This document shows positions 37,145 to 46,692 of a stretch of 64,000 bases of DNA, piece after piece. The stretch comes from Candidatus Latescibacterota bacterium. GTDB lineage: Bacteria; Latescibacterota; UBA2968; UBA8231. The notes beneath the pieces are model-generated. The model was not told the DNA's origin, ran no database searches, and saw only the letters and a program-made list of their open reading frames with translations. The stretch lies in contig OZ241867.1 of assembly GCA_965203175.1 (NCBI GenBank), forward strand, positions 3,166,461 to 3,230,460, in the 5' to 3' direction. How positions within the stretch are numbered: the stretch's first letter is position 1; each line of letters starts with the position of its first letter. The position numbers and the translations under genes are program-made.

Positions 37145-38290
37145 ATGCGCGTCGGCATTGTAGGAGCGGGCATTTTCGGTTTGGCCGCGGCCTTGGAACT
37201 CAACCGGCGGGGCCACCGGGTCACCCTCTTCGAACGCGGTCCCATCCCCTGTCCGGATGCCTCCTCGACCGATGTGTCCAAAGTCATCCGCCGCACCAGC
37301 TACCCCGAGGAGACCTACCACGAGTTGGTCGAGCGGGCCGCGCACCAGTGGCACCAATGGCACGACCAACTCAGCCGGACCATCTATTACCAGACTGGCA
37401 AGCTCAATATCTGGAGCGATGTGCCCACCGACAGCCCGGCTCGCCGCGGCTTGGAGACGCTGCATCAGCGGGGAAAGACGGTCGAAGTGCTGAGTCCGAC
37501 TCAGGTCCGCCAGCGCTTTTCCCAATTTGCTGTGCAGGACGACGACACGCTCTTTTACGATCCCTGGTCCGGCTATTTGCGCAGCAGTCAGGCCGTGGCT
37601 GATCTGGCCGCTCTGGCCCGGGACCGGGGCGTTGCTATTCGCTCCCACACCCCTGTGCAGGCCATGGACGAGACCGACCGGGGTATCCGCTTAGCCGCAG
37701 GGCCAGAGCGGCCTTTATTCGACCGCGTCGTAGTCGCCGCCGGTGCTTGGGTGGTACGCCTTTTTCCCGCGTTAAAGGACCACCTGCGCATAACGCGCCA
37801 GCAAATGGCCTTCTTGGTCCCGGTCGAGCCCGAAAAGTTCGCTCAGAAGGTGTTTCCCGTGTGGACAGCGCTGAGTTCTGAGGCGGCTTGGTACGGCTTC
37901 CCGCTGCTGCGCGAAGGGTACGTTAAAATCGCCGAGGACAGCAAAGTGGAGCGCGCCGAGCCTGAGGCCGATCGCGAACCTAGCCCCGACTTCCTCGAAC
38001 AGGTCCGCGCCTTTGTCGCCCAGCGCCTGCCCGCTTTGGAAGGGGCCCGACTGGTCGGGGGGCGAGCCTGTCTGTACACCAATACGCCGGACGATCACTT
38101 CGTCATCGACTGGGCCCCGGGAGCGCGGGGGATTCTCATCGCCGGTTGTGGCAGCGGCCACGGCTTTAAATTCGGCGGCTCCATTGGATCAGTTATAGCC
38201 GACGCCCTAGAGGATCGCAAGAATCCACTGGGCGATTTGTTCCGTCTTGGCCAGCGCTTTGCCGACTCGGCGGATCCCCCTGGAAATTGA
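37145..38290 (+). CDS. DAO-family FAD-dependent oxidoreductase
   Basis: 381 aa from ATG 37145. N-terminus MRVGIVGAGIFGLAAALELNRRGHRVTLFERG (GxGxxG, beta-alpha-beta). C-terminal motif GCGSGHGFKFG. Confidence 0.75.
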   Translation: MRVGIVGAGIFGLAAALELNRRGHRVTLFERGPIPCPDASSTDVSKVIRRTSYPEETYHELVERAAHQWHQWHDQLSRTIYYQTGKLNIWSDVPTDSPARRGLETLHQRGKTVEVLSPTQVRQRFSQFAVQDDDTLFYDPWSGYLRSSQAVADLAALARDRGVAIRSHTPVQAMDETDRGIRLAAGPERPLFDRVVVAAGAWVVRLFPALKDHLRITRQQMAFLVPVEPEKFAQKVFPVWTALSSEAAWYGFPLLREGYVKIAEDSKVERAEPEADREPSPDFLEQVRAFVAQRLPALEGARLVGGRACLYTNTPDDHFVIDWAPGARGILIAGCGSGHGFKFGGSIGSVIADALEDRKNPLGDLFRLGQRFADSADPPGN

Positions 38291-38386
38291 GCGTGGACTC
38301 CCTAGAAATCGACCCGACGCAAGGCCGAGTCCGCTTTTCTCAATGGGGGTTTTAGCTATATTGAAATGGAGGTTGAGGCAAAAAAA

Positions 38387-38462
38387 TGGAGCGAGAGACG
38401 GGACTCGAACCCGCGACAACCACGTTGGCAACGTGGAGCTCTACCAACTGAGCTACTCTCGC
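38387..38462 (-). tRNA. tRNA-Gly (anticodon GCC), CCA encoded
   Basis: Folded by hand. Acceptor stem GCGAGAG/CTCTCGC, D-arm GCTC/GAGC, anticodon stem CCACG/CGTGG with loop TTGCCAA, T-arm GCGGG-TTCGAGT-CCCGT, then discriminator T and CCA. 76 nt, followed by a T7 run. Confidence 0.9.
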
Positions 38463-38509
38463 TCGAAAATCACTCAAAATAGATCGCTATGGAGGGAAAA
38501 AATATAACC

Positions 38510-41500
38510 ATGTCCCGTACAAGCGTCAAGGTGCGCCAAGCTCTGCTGATTCTCGTCGCAGCCCTCTTGGGAGTGGCCTGTGAACAGGGGCCGCCCGAGG
38601 AGTCGCCGGCTTGGCCCCCCAAGGCGCGCTGGCACAACAATCAGGGCGTGGTCTATATGGATCAACACAACTACACGCGTGGTCGGGAGGAGTTTGCCCG
38701 CGCCCTTGCCTTGGCTCCAGACTACGCTAGTGCGCAGGCCAATCTCGGCATTGCGTACTACGCCCTCGGCAAGTACGACAGCGCCGCCACGGCTCTGCAA
38801 ACCGCCCTCGCCATTGATCCCGCCCTCCTCCACGCCAATTACGCGCTGGGCTTGATCTACAATGCCCAAGGCCGGGAGCACGACAAAGCACTCGCCGCCC
38901 TGCAAAAGGTCGCGGCTGCCGACCGCGACGACCCCCACGTGCGCTACTACATGGGGCAAATGCGGGCCAAGCTAAACGAGGGCGAGGCCGCCATCGCCGA
39001 CTTTAAGGAGGCCATCCGCCTCGATCCCTACAACGTGTCGGCGTACTATGGACTGGCCAATCTCTACCGGCGGCTCGGGCGCGAGGAGGAGTGGAAAATC
39101 ACCTTGGAGCGGTTCAACCAGCTCAGCCAAGCCGGCCACCAAGGCGTTTCTTCGTCCTATCAGGGACAGGGCAAATACGCCGAGGCCGTCGCCGACGCCG
39201 GTGGCGGCGATCCGAGTCAGGACGACGTGGCCGGGCCTTTTGTATTTGCGGCGGCTGGCCCGGCGGCTGGCTCGGTGCACTTTGCCGCCTTGGGCGATTT
39301 TGACGCGGATGGTCGGCCGGATGTCTTGGCTGGGGCCGAGGGCTTGCACTTGTACGCTGGCGGCACAGCAGAAATGCTCACTGCTCCGACGCTTCCCGAC
39401 GGCTTTGGGGCGACTGGAGCGATCTCCGGCGACCTCGACAACGATGGGACCGCCGACTTGGTCCTCAGCGGCGCAGGTGGAACCTTGCTCTACCGAGCGG
39501 CCAACGGCGAATGGGCTGACGGAGAAGACCTGTCCGCGGCTTCGACCGGTGTCGCGCTGGGCGATGCCGACCACGACGGCGACCTCGATGTGCTAGTGCT
39601 CGGTTCGCGCGTCTCGCTGCTGGCCAACGATGGGGAGGCCCGCTTTGCTGCTACGGGCCAACCGGTCGGTCCGGTCGCGGCTGACAGAGCTGCGTTCTCC
39701 GACCTGGACAACGATCGCGACGTGGATATAATCCTGCTTTCGGTCGAGGGCCTGCAAGTGCAAACCAACAATCGCGACGGCACGTTTGCGGAAATCGCTG
39801 ACGCTTTGGGCTTGGGTCCCGTGCAGGGTGCGGGCTTGGCCGTCGAGGATTTCAACCAAGACGGCTATATGGACCTGGCGATCGCGGCCAACGGTGCCGT
39901 AGAAACGCATATCAACCAAGCCGGTCGCACCTTCGTCCGGGCCGAGGCAACGGCGGCGTCTAGCGGAAGGGCACTGATCCCCGCCGACTTCGACAACGAC
40001 GGTGACCTCGATTTGCTCGCCTGCGAGGACGAGCGGCTGCAACCGCTCGCGTACGGCAAAGGCCAGTTTCATCCGCAATCCCCGATTGACGAGCCGGGCG
40101 GGGCTGCGCTCATGGCTGATTTCAACGGCGACGGTCGCGTGGATATTTGGACGGGTGGCCGGGTGCTGCACAATCAAAGCGAGGGAGGGAACTGGATCGA
40201 AATCGCCGCCCAAGGGCTCAATAGCAATCGCGACGGCGTCGGGGCCAAGGTAGAGGTAAAAACCACCCACCGCCTCCAGAAGCGCGAAATCCGCAGCGAG
40301 GGATACGCGGGCGTGCTCCACTTCGGCTTGGCGCAGAGCGACTCGGTCGAATTCATCCGCATTCTCTGGCCCGGGGGCGTGCGCCAGACCGAATTGGCGA
40401 CTGGGGCTGGACAGCGGCTGGAGTTGACGGAACTCGACCGCAAGGGCACTTCGTGCCCCATCCTCTACGCTTGGGACGGCGAGCGCTATCGCTTTGTCAC
40501 CGACATTCTCGGGGGGGCCATTATTGGCTATTTGACCGCCCCAGGCCAGTACTATCAGCCCGACACTGACGAGTACGTTCGGTTGGGGACGCTGGCCCCC
40601 AAGGATGGGCACTATGTTTTGCAGCTAGCGAATCAGTTAGAGGAAATCATTTACGTCGATGCCCTCGAACTAGTGGCCGTCGATCATCCACCTGAATTCG
40701 ATATATATCCCAACGAACGCCTGCTCTCCGCGCCACCCTATCCAGAATTCAAGCTGTATCCCCTGCAAGGGCTGCGTCCGCCGGTGGCCGCCCGCGACCA
40801 CCGGGGCGCGGACGTGTTGGCCACGCTGCAAGAGATCGACGACGAGTGGTACGACGGGTTTGACCGGCTCGACATACACGGCTATGCCGAAGACTATGCG
40901 CTAGAGCTGGACTTGGGCGACCTGTCCGAATTCGCCCATCCGGTCTTGCTCGGCTATGGGTGGGTCGATTACGCGCATTCGACCTCCAATTGGAGCGCCG
41001 CGCAGCGCGGCTTGTCGCTGTATCCGCCGCGTTTGTCCGTAGCCGACGGCGAAGGGGGGTGGATCGAAGTCAGCGCGGATATGGGTTGCCCGGCGGGCCT
41101 ACCCAAACACGCGCTCTTCGACTTGGCGGGCTTGTTCCCGTCCGACGACTACCGGCTGCGGACCGAGACCAATACTGCGCTCTATTGGGACCAATTGCTC
41201 GTCGGCGACGCTGCGGATGTCCCCCTCGCAGTTCACCGCCTGCAACCGGCGCGAAGCGACCTCCACTGGCGCGGCTACCCGGCCCATACGTCCATCAAGG
41301 GCACCTTTGCTTTTCGCTATCACTACGATCAATTGGAGTTAGAAGCGCCTTGGGGCACCCACGCCGGAGCCTTCACCCGCTTCGGTCCGGTGGAGGAGTT
41401 GGTCGAGGACATTGACGACCGCTTTGTCATCATGTTCCACGGCGACGAGTTGACCGTTGAATTCGCCGCCTTGCCGCCGCCCGCGGCTGGTCTCGTGCGC

Positions 41501-41698
41501 TCGTTCTTGCTGTACGCCGATGGCTTCGGCAAGGACATGGACCTGCACTCGGCGCACTCGCTAACGGTCGGGCCGCTGCCCTTTCACGGCATGTCCGGCT
41601 ATCCGTACCCAGCGAGCGAGCACTATCCGCAGACTAGCGCGCACCTAGAGTACGTGCAGGAATACAACACGCGCTGGGTCAAGGGCTACTATGAATAA
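38510..41698 (+). CDS. CRTAC1-family lipoprotein: TPR repeats, FG-GAP/VCBS repeats and an ASPIC/UnbV domain
   Basis: Lipobox LLGVAC. TPR region spans roughly aa 40-200. Repeated DxDxDGxxD loops. Motif NWIEIAAQGLNSNRDGVGAKVEVKT...RILWPGG. Internal ATG 38510 chosen. Confidence 0.72.
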   Translation: MSRTSVKVRQALLILVAALLGVACEQGPPEESPAWPPKARWHNNQGVVYMDQHNYTRGREEFARALALAPDYASAQANLGIAYYALGKYDSAATALQTALAIDPALLHANYALGLIYNAQGREHDKALAALQKVAAADRDDPHVRYYMGQMRAKLNEGEAAIADFKEAIRLDPYNVSAYYGLANLYRRLGREEEWKITLERFNQLSQAGHQGVSSSYQGQGKYAEAVADAGGGDPSQDDVAGPFVFAAAGPAAGSVHFAALGDFDADGRPDVLAGAEGLHLYAGGTAEMLTAPTLPDGFGATGAISGDLDNDGTADLVLSGAGGTLLYRAANGEWADGEDLSAASTGVALGDADHDGDLDVLVLGSRVSLLANDGEARFAATGQPVGPVAADRAAFSDLDNDRDVDIILLSVEGLQVQTNNRDGTFAEIADALGLGPVQGAGLAVEDFNQDGYMDLAIAANGAVETHINQAGRTFVRAEATAASSGRALIPADFDNDGDLDLLACEDERLQPLAYGKGQFHPQSPIDEPGGAALMADFNGDGRVDIWTGGRVLHNQSEGGNWIEIAAQGLNSNRDGVGAKVEVKTTHRLQKREIRSEGYAGVLHFGLAQSDSVEFIRILWPGGVRQTELATGAGQRLELTELDRKGTSCPILYAWDGERYRFVTDILGGAIIGYLTAPGQYYQPDTDEYVRLGTLAPKDGHYVLQLANQLEEIIYVDALELVAVDHPPEFDIYPNERLLSAPPYPEFKLYPLQGLRPPVAARDHRGADVLATLQEIDDEWYDGFDRLDIHGYAEDYALELDLGDLSEFAHPVLLGYGWVDYAHSTSNWSAAQRGLSLYPPRLSVADGEGGWIEVSADMGCPAGLPKHALFDLAGLFPSDDYRLRTETNTALYWDQLLVGDAADVPLAVHRLQPARSDLHWRGYPAHTSIKGTFAFRYHYDQLELEAPWGTHAGAFTRFGPVEELVEDIDDRFVIMFHGDELTVEFAALPPPAAGLVRSFLLYADGFGKDMDLHSAHSLTVGPLPFHGMSGYPYPASEHYPQTSAHLEYVQEYNTRWVKGYYE

Positions 41699-43925
41699 AG
41701 AGCTTCCGGGCAGGGTAGTAGAAGGAGCGAAACGCGTGCCTAGCCTCTTACTGAGCAATGTGAATAAAGGGCTTCTGGACAGGGTAGTAGAAAGAGTAAA
41801 AGGTGCCTTTAGCCTCTCAATGCTCAAGAGGCTGCTGATCTACACCGCCTGCTGCTTCGCCTTGTACGCCGTTGTCGGCGTAGGTGGCTATCTGATCCTC
41901 AACGACAATTTGCCCGACATCGACGCTTGGAGCTTCCGACCCAAGCGGATTACCAACGTATATTCGGCCGATGGCCGCCACTTGCAGGACTTCCTCGAAG
42001 AAAATCGCGAAATGGTCACCTATGAGGAAATTCCCGCGTCCATGCAGGCTTCCCTCCTCGCGGCTGAAGACCGGCGTTTCTTCTCGCATTGGGGTATCGA
42101 CATCTACCGCATCCCCGGATCGCTGCTGGCTAACCTCAAGGACCGGAGTCTTATCGGCCAAGGGGCTAGCACGCTCACCCAGCAGCTCGCCCGCAAGAGC
42201 TTCACTGAGGTCGGCACTCAGCGCAGCAGCGCTTCCTTTGCGGAGTTGGTGGCCACGTTCGCGCGCAAGATCCGCGAACAGATCACCGCCGTCTTAATCG
42301 AGCGCCTGTACACCAAGTCCGAGATAATGACTATGTACCTCAACACGGTCTATTTCGGCCACGGTGCCTACGGGATTAAGTCGGCGGCGCGCCTGTACTT
42401 TGACTGCGAAGTTGATCAACTTGCGCTCGAAGAGAGCGCCTTGCTCGTCGGACTGCTTCCTGGTCCTAATAACCGCACCCCTCTACGCCACCCCGAACGC
42501 GCCCGCAAGCATCGCAATCTGGTGCTGGCCAGCATGGCCGACAACGGCGCGATTACGCCAGTTGAGCGCGATTCTCTACGGAACAGACCCATCGCCACTC
42601 GCAGGGGTAGCCACGAGGAGACGTATGGCATAGCCCCGTACTTTGTCGAGTACGTCCGCCAGCAGATGCAGCGCGAGTTTGGCATGGCAACCTATCGCGA
42701 AGGCTTTGTGGTCCACACTACGCTCGACTCGCGCTTGCAGCAGATCGCCGAAAAGCACTTTGATACTGAAATAAGCAAGGTGCAGGAAAAGGTGGATAAG
42801 TACCTAAAAGCCGTAGGCGCGACCCAGAGCGTGCGCGACTCGGCCGTAGTTCAAGCCGCCTTCGTGGCCATGGATCCGGCCACCGGCCACATCTTGGCCA
42901 TGATTGGGGGCCGCGACTTCGGCCACAGCAAATTCAACCGCGCTACCCAAGCCGAGCGGCAGCCTGGGTCCGCGTTTAAGCCTTTCGTGTACACCGCCGC
43001 CATCGACAACAACCGCTTTGCGGTGGATGTGCTCGACGACAATGCCTTTACGCTCTGGGACCACAGACGCGAAAAGTTTTGGGACCCCGAGAACTACGAC
43101 AAGAAGTTCATGGGGCCGATGACGCTGCGCGACGGGCTAAAACAGTCGCGCAACCTCATCTCCATTAAGCTGGCCGACGAGATCGGCCCAGCCCTGATTC
43201 GGAGCTATGCCCGCAACATGGGCATATCCACGCCCATCCAAGCCATCCCCTCCATCGGCGTTGGTACGAGCGAAGTGTTACTTCTCGACATGGTAGCTGC
43301 GTACGCGGTCTTCCCCAACAAAGGTATCTACGTCGAGCCGATGGCCATCAGCCGCTTGGAGCGCAAGGATGGAGATGTCTTTTTTATGCAGGAAAGCGGT
43401 CGCAAGCAGGAGGTGCTGCGGCCGGCTGTGGCCGTGGTTGTCGCGGATATGCTGCGCTCGGCCGTCGATGAAGTCGGCGGCACCGGACGTCGCATCCGCA
43501 CGGTCTACGGCTTCCGACCGCAAGCGGCCGGCAAAACCGGCACGACCAACGACTACACGGATGCGTGGTTCATCGGCTTTACGCCCCATCTCGTAGCTGG
43601 GGTCTGGGTCGGGCTAGACGACCCCAGCCTGCGCCTGTGGCCGAAACAGGCTGGCTCTTCGGCGGCCCTGCCGTTGTGGGCGGAGTTTATGAGGGAGGTG
43701 TATGCGAGCGTGGAACCCTATCGCGGTCTGAGAAACCGCGGGTTCGATGAACCAGAGGATCTCGTTGTACGCCGCGCGGTCTGCAATGACTCCTACAAGA
43801 TCGCGACCCGCTTTTGTCCCGATCAGAAAGAGGAGATCTTCATCGCTGGCGAAGTACTGCCGAGCGCGTGCCCCCTGCACGGACGATCCCAAGAGCAGGA
43901 CCCCGGGCACATCCAGCGGTTTTAA
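41691..43925 (+). CDS. mrcA: Class A penicillin-binding protein (glycosyltransferase + transpeptidase, PBP1A type)
   Basis: Motifs AAEDRRFFSHWGID and GASTLTQQLARK (GT51); SAFKPF, SRN and KTGTTN (transpeptidase). The start is uncertain: ATG 41691, GTG 41736 (SD AAGGAG 8 nt upstream) or ATG 41820, which lies just before the TM helix. Confidence 0.88.
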   Translation: MNKELPGRVVEGAKRVPSLLLSNVNKGLLDRVVERVKGAFSLSMLKRLLIYTACCFALYAVVGVGGYLILNDNLPDIDAWSFRPKRITNVYSADGRHLQDFLEENREMVTYEEIPASMQASLLAAEDRRFFSHWGIDIYRIPGSLLANLKDRSLIGQGASTLTQQLARKSFTEVGTQRSSASFAELVATFARKIREQITAVLIERLYTKSEIMTMYLNTVYFGHGAYGIKSAARLYFDCEVDQLALEESALLVGLLPGPNNRTPLRHPERARKHRNLVLASMADNGAITPVERDSLRNRPIATRRGSHEETYGIAPYFVEYVRQQMQREFGMATYREGFVVHTTLDSRLQQIAEKHFDTEISKVQEKVDKYLKAVGATQSVRDSAVVQAAFVAMDPATGHILAMIGGRDFGHSKFNRATQAERQPGSAFKPFVYTAAIDNNRFAVDVLDDNAFTLWDHRREKFWDPENYDKKFMGPMTLRDGLKQSRNLISIKLADEIGPALIRSYARNMGISTPIQAIPSIGVGTSEVLLLDMVAAYAVFPNKGIYVEPMAISRLERKDGDVFFMQESGRKQEVLRPAVAVVVADMLRSAVDEVGGTGRRIRTVYGFRPQAAGKTGTTNDYTDAWFIGFTPHLVAGVWVGLDDPSLRLWPKQAGSSAALPLWAEFMREVYASVEPYRGLRNRGFDEPEDLVVRRAVCNDSYKIATRFCPDQKEEIFIAGEVLPSACPLHGRSQEQDPGHIQRF
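41693..41819. repeat. Imperfect 69-nt-period tandem direct repeat at the CRTAC1/PBP1A junction (cores 41693..41750 and 41762..41819)
   Basis: 45 of 58 core positions are identical without gaps, and 31 of the first 35. Each unit starts with GAATAAAG. The first unit includes the TAA stop of the upstream gene. Confidence 0.75.
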
Positions 43926-43928
43926 AGA

Positions 43929-45719
43929 TCACAAAACGAAGAAGATGTAGAACAGCCCGCCGAGAATACCACCCGATAGGCCGCGCACGATGGCCTTGTT
44001 CTCTGGTTTGATCACCGTTTGTTCGACCATGTCGCCTCCGCCTAAGACCTCGTGTAACCCCTTGGGCACCAAGTCCGAGCTATAGGCTTGGACGCGGCGG
44101 TCCCAGCGCACGATGCGGTCGGCAGTCGTTTCTATTCTGAGAAAGAGATCGCCATAGGCGTCGCGCCGTTGTTCGTTGCTCCAAGGAAGTAGCCATCGGG
44201 CGGTCGGCGAATACACCACTCGTGCCCTGACTAGCCGGTAGTACACCACGTCGGCTGGCGAGTCTTCTGGCTGGCGCACGAGTACCTGATAGCCCCGCTC
44301 CTGCAAGGTCTCGATCAGGGCGTCCTCGACGACCCAATTAGCCTCGTTCTTGTGGTCTTCGGCTTGGAGGAAAAGCCGCGTGCCCGAAGATAGAGGCAGA
44401 GCATCCATTTGGTGGTCTAGAGCGAGCACAAAGGCTTGATTGATCAACTGCAAGTCCGTGGGAGTTTGCTTTTTGCCGCCTTGGGCTTGGCCCATTTCTT
44501 CCCACACCACGCGGACCGTGTTCGCGCCGCGCAGGGGAATGAAGTGCTCCCGCCCTACGGGCTTACATGCACTCTGCCAAGTAAAAGGCCCCGGGCGCTG
44601 AGGCACGGCTTCGAGCGTCACTCGGATCGCCGCACCCGCGTTTAAGCTATCCAAGCCGCTTACCAGCAGGCTCGGTGCGGTTTCCTCTTCGCTTTGTACG
44701 AGTGCTGCGCCTGGCGGCCCTTCTATCAAGGAGACATCCGAGAACGCCGGCGCAACTTGCAGGCGCAGGGCCGCAAGACCGATGGGGCTGGCGCTCTCAT
44801 TGCGCCATATACAGGTGATTGGCCCGCGCTTGCCCACCTCCATAAACCCAGCTCCCAACGCCATCATAAACCCAGGCTCCAATGCCATCACGGGCAGCGG
44901 GTCCACCTGCAAGTGCCGGGTTGCCAAGTCCACTGGACTTTGGCCAGAGACCCGCGCAGTGACCGCCAATGGTAGGGGGCCGAGGTGGCCCGAAGCCACG
45001 CGTACCGTCCAAGAGAGCGTGTCGGCCTGCCCGGGGGCCAAGCTACCCTCCCAATGCTGCGGGGTGTCGCCCTCCGGCCAGTTCAGTTCCGGGGGCCAGC
45101 TCCAGTTTAGCTGTTCTAAGGGTGGTCCCGATACATCGTCAAAGCGCACAATCGCGCGCAAGTCAAAGCGCTCGCCCTGATAGACTCGCTGCGGCTCAAT
45201 GGACCACGAAATGGCTGGCGGCGGGCGGACTGCTAGGTCGAATTCGATCTGGTGGGCCGGAGCACCCTGTGGGTTGAGCGAGGAGTAGATCGCTGCGGAC
45301 CAGTCAATTTTTCCCACCTCCGCGGCGGCTAGGTCGATGTAGAGGGTATCGATGTGTTCTCCGGCCAAAGGCCGCGCCGCATAGTCTATGCCGATTGACG
45401 CCCCCTTTAGCTGCGCTTGGCCTAGTGCGGAGCGGACGTTCTGCAACCGCGCGTTGCCGAGGCACCCTAGCTCCGCGCTGACTATGGCTTCGCCATCGCC
45501 GGGAAAGTAGTGCAGATAGAGAATGGACTGCTGGTCCAACGCTGGCCCAGCAATCGCCGGTTGGTCCAGACGCGCACTGAGCGTCGAGCGAGCGCTCGCC
45601 GGCACCACTGCCGCCCACAGCGCGATGACTACCCCTAGCCCGCGCCAATAACTGCCATAGCCGACTGCGCCCTCTCCGCCCTGAAGGCCGCGCCTTCCTA
45701 CTGTCCCTCGGGTTGCCAT
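43929..45719 (-). CDS. Hypothetical envelope protein with an N-terminal signal/anchor and a C-terminal hydrophobic tail
   Basis: 596 aa. Ends in AIVRGLSGGILGGLFYIFFVL. No confident family match by eye. Convergent with the PBP1A gene, 3 nt apart. Confidence 0.4.
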   Translation of the reverse strand: MATRGTVGRRGLQGGEGAVGYGSYWRGLGVVIALWAAVVPASARSTLSARLDQPAIAGPALDQQSILYLHYFPGDGEAIVSAELGCLGNARLQNVRSALGQAQLKGASIGIDYAARPLAGEHIDTLYIDLAAAEVGKIDWSAAIYSSLNPQGAPAHQIEFDLAVRPPPAISWSIEPQRVYQGERFDLRAIVRFDDVSGPPLEQLNWSWPPELNWPEGDTPQHWEGSLAPGQADTLSWTVRVASGHLGPLPLAVTARVSGQSPVDLATRHLQVDPLPVMALEPGFMMALGAGFMEVGKRGPITCIWRNESASPIGLAALRLQVAPAFSDVSLIEGPPGAALVQSEEETAPSLLVSGLDSLNAGAAIRVTLEAVPQRPGPFTWQSACKPVGREHFIPLRGANTVRVVWEEMGQAQGGKKQTPTDLQLINQAFVLALDHQMDALPLSSGTRLFLQAEDHKNEANWVVEDALIETLQERGYQVLVRQPEDSPADVVYYRLVRARVVYSPTARWLLPWSNEQRRDAYGDLFLRIETTADRIVRWDRRVQAYSSDLVPKGLHEVLGGGDMVEQTVIKPENKAIVRGLSGGILGGLFYIFFVL

Positions 45720-46015
45720 TTAGTTCGCCTCTTCATCGCTATTGCCGTGTGCTGGCCCTTGGCCAAAAAAAGCCTAACTTACTTTTTAACTGTAACTTAC
45801 GTATAATTCAAGCCTAACGTACGACGAGGGTGCTGTCAAGGCGGAAGCCCCTATCCGCATCCGTAGAAAGGCTTGACTGAACCAGTGCACTCCGCTAGGT
45901 TGTAAACTGGCTTAGCCATCACCCTGTTGTGCATTATCATCATGTTCGCCGTCATGCAGTTTACTGGGCGCACCGATTGGAACGCGGCGTGGCAGCAAAA
46001 GCCGCGCCCCTCTTT

Positions 46016-46666
46016 ATGCTAGACTGGCTATTCCCCGCGCTCGGCGCGCTCGGCCTCGGCGCGCTGTGTGCTCCTATGGCCCTTGCCTTGCGCTGTCGGC
46101 GCGAGGATCTTCCGGAGTCTTGGGAATGGGGAGTGCGGCTGTCCTTTTTTTCGGGGGGACTGGGGCTTGGTCTGCGGTGGGGACCCAAGGGCCTGCGCAT
46201 CGCGCCCGTACTCTTGGGCCGATTCCTGCCGTACCCTTCGCTGCCGCTGCGGACCCGGGTGAAGCGCAGGCCAAAAACACGGCGAAAAGCCGAGCAAGAA
46301 GCCGTGCCCAAAGCCCGCGAGCGGAATCTGCGCGCGCTCGTGCGCCTGCTGATCAAGCCCAGCCTTAGGCTATTGGCGAGCCTGCCGCGCATCATTCGGC
46401 TCAAAAGGCTGCAAATCCAGGGCCGCTTGGGCTTTGCCGACCCGGCCCAAACCGGACGGATCTACGGCTATTTACAGGCGGTTGCAGCAGCGCACCAGGG
46501 AAAGATACAAATAAACGTTAGCCCGGATTTTGTGCGCGCGGGGGCCTTTGGCCGCTTGGACTTGGTCGCTCATTTGCACTTGGGCTTGCTAATTTTGCTC
46601 TTGGGGCGTTTTGGCTCGCAGGCGGCATACCGCTTGTTGGCCGCGCGCTTCCGCACTGAAAACTAA
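46016..46666 (+). CDS. DUF2953-family membrane protein (Bacillus YtfI-like)
   Basis: N-terminal TM helix MLDWLFPALGALGLGALCAPMALAL, a basic linker and the segment LQIQGRLGFADPAQTGRIYGYLQAV. Lies immediately upstream of a YtfJ/GerW homolog, as in Firmicutes. The start is uncertain (the track ORF begins at 45929). Confidence 0.55.
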   Translation: MLDWLFPALGALGLGALCAPMALALRCRREDLPESWEWGVRLSFFSGGLGLGLRWGPKGLRIAPVLLGRFLPYPSLPLRTRVKRRPKTRRKAEQEAVPKARERNLRALVRLLIKPSLRLLASLPRIIRLKRLQIQGRLGFADPAQTGRIYGYLQAVAAAHQGKIQINVSPDFVRAGAFGRLDLVAHLHLGLLILLLGRFGSQAAYRLLAARFRTEN

Positions 46667-46692
46667 GCTTGATCTAAGTCGAGGAGCTTTTC

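Noticed and set aside
38291-38509. tRNA-Gly as an integration site for a genomic island
   Set aside because: There is no integrase, no duplicated tRNA 3' end and no compositional break in the flanking genes.
39593-40612. 339-aa minus ORF inside the CRTAC1-like gene, and 33146-33895 / 36469-37296 inside the MlaC-DUF3047 and RND genes
   Set aside because: Same reasoning: these are antisense shadows of genes with clear domain motifs.
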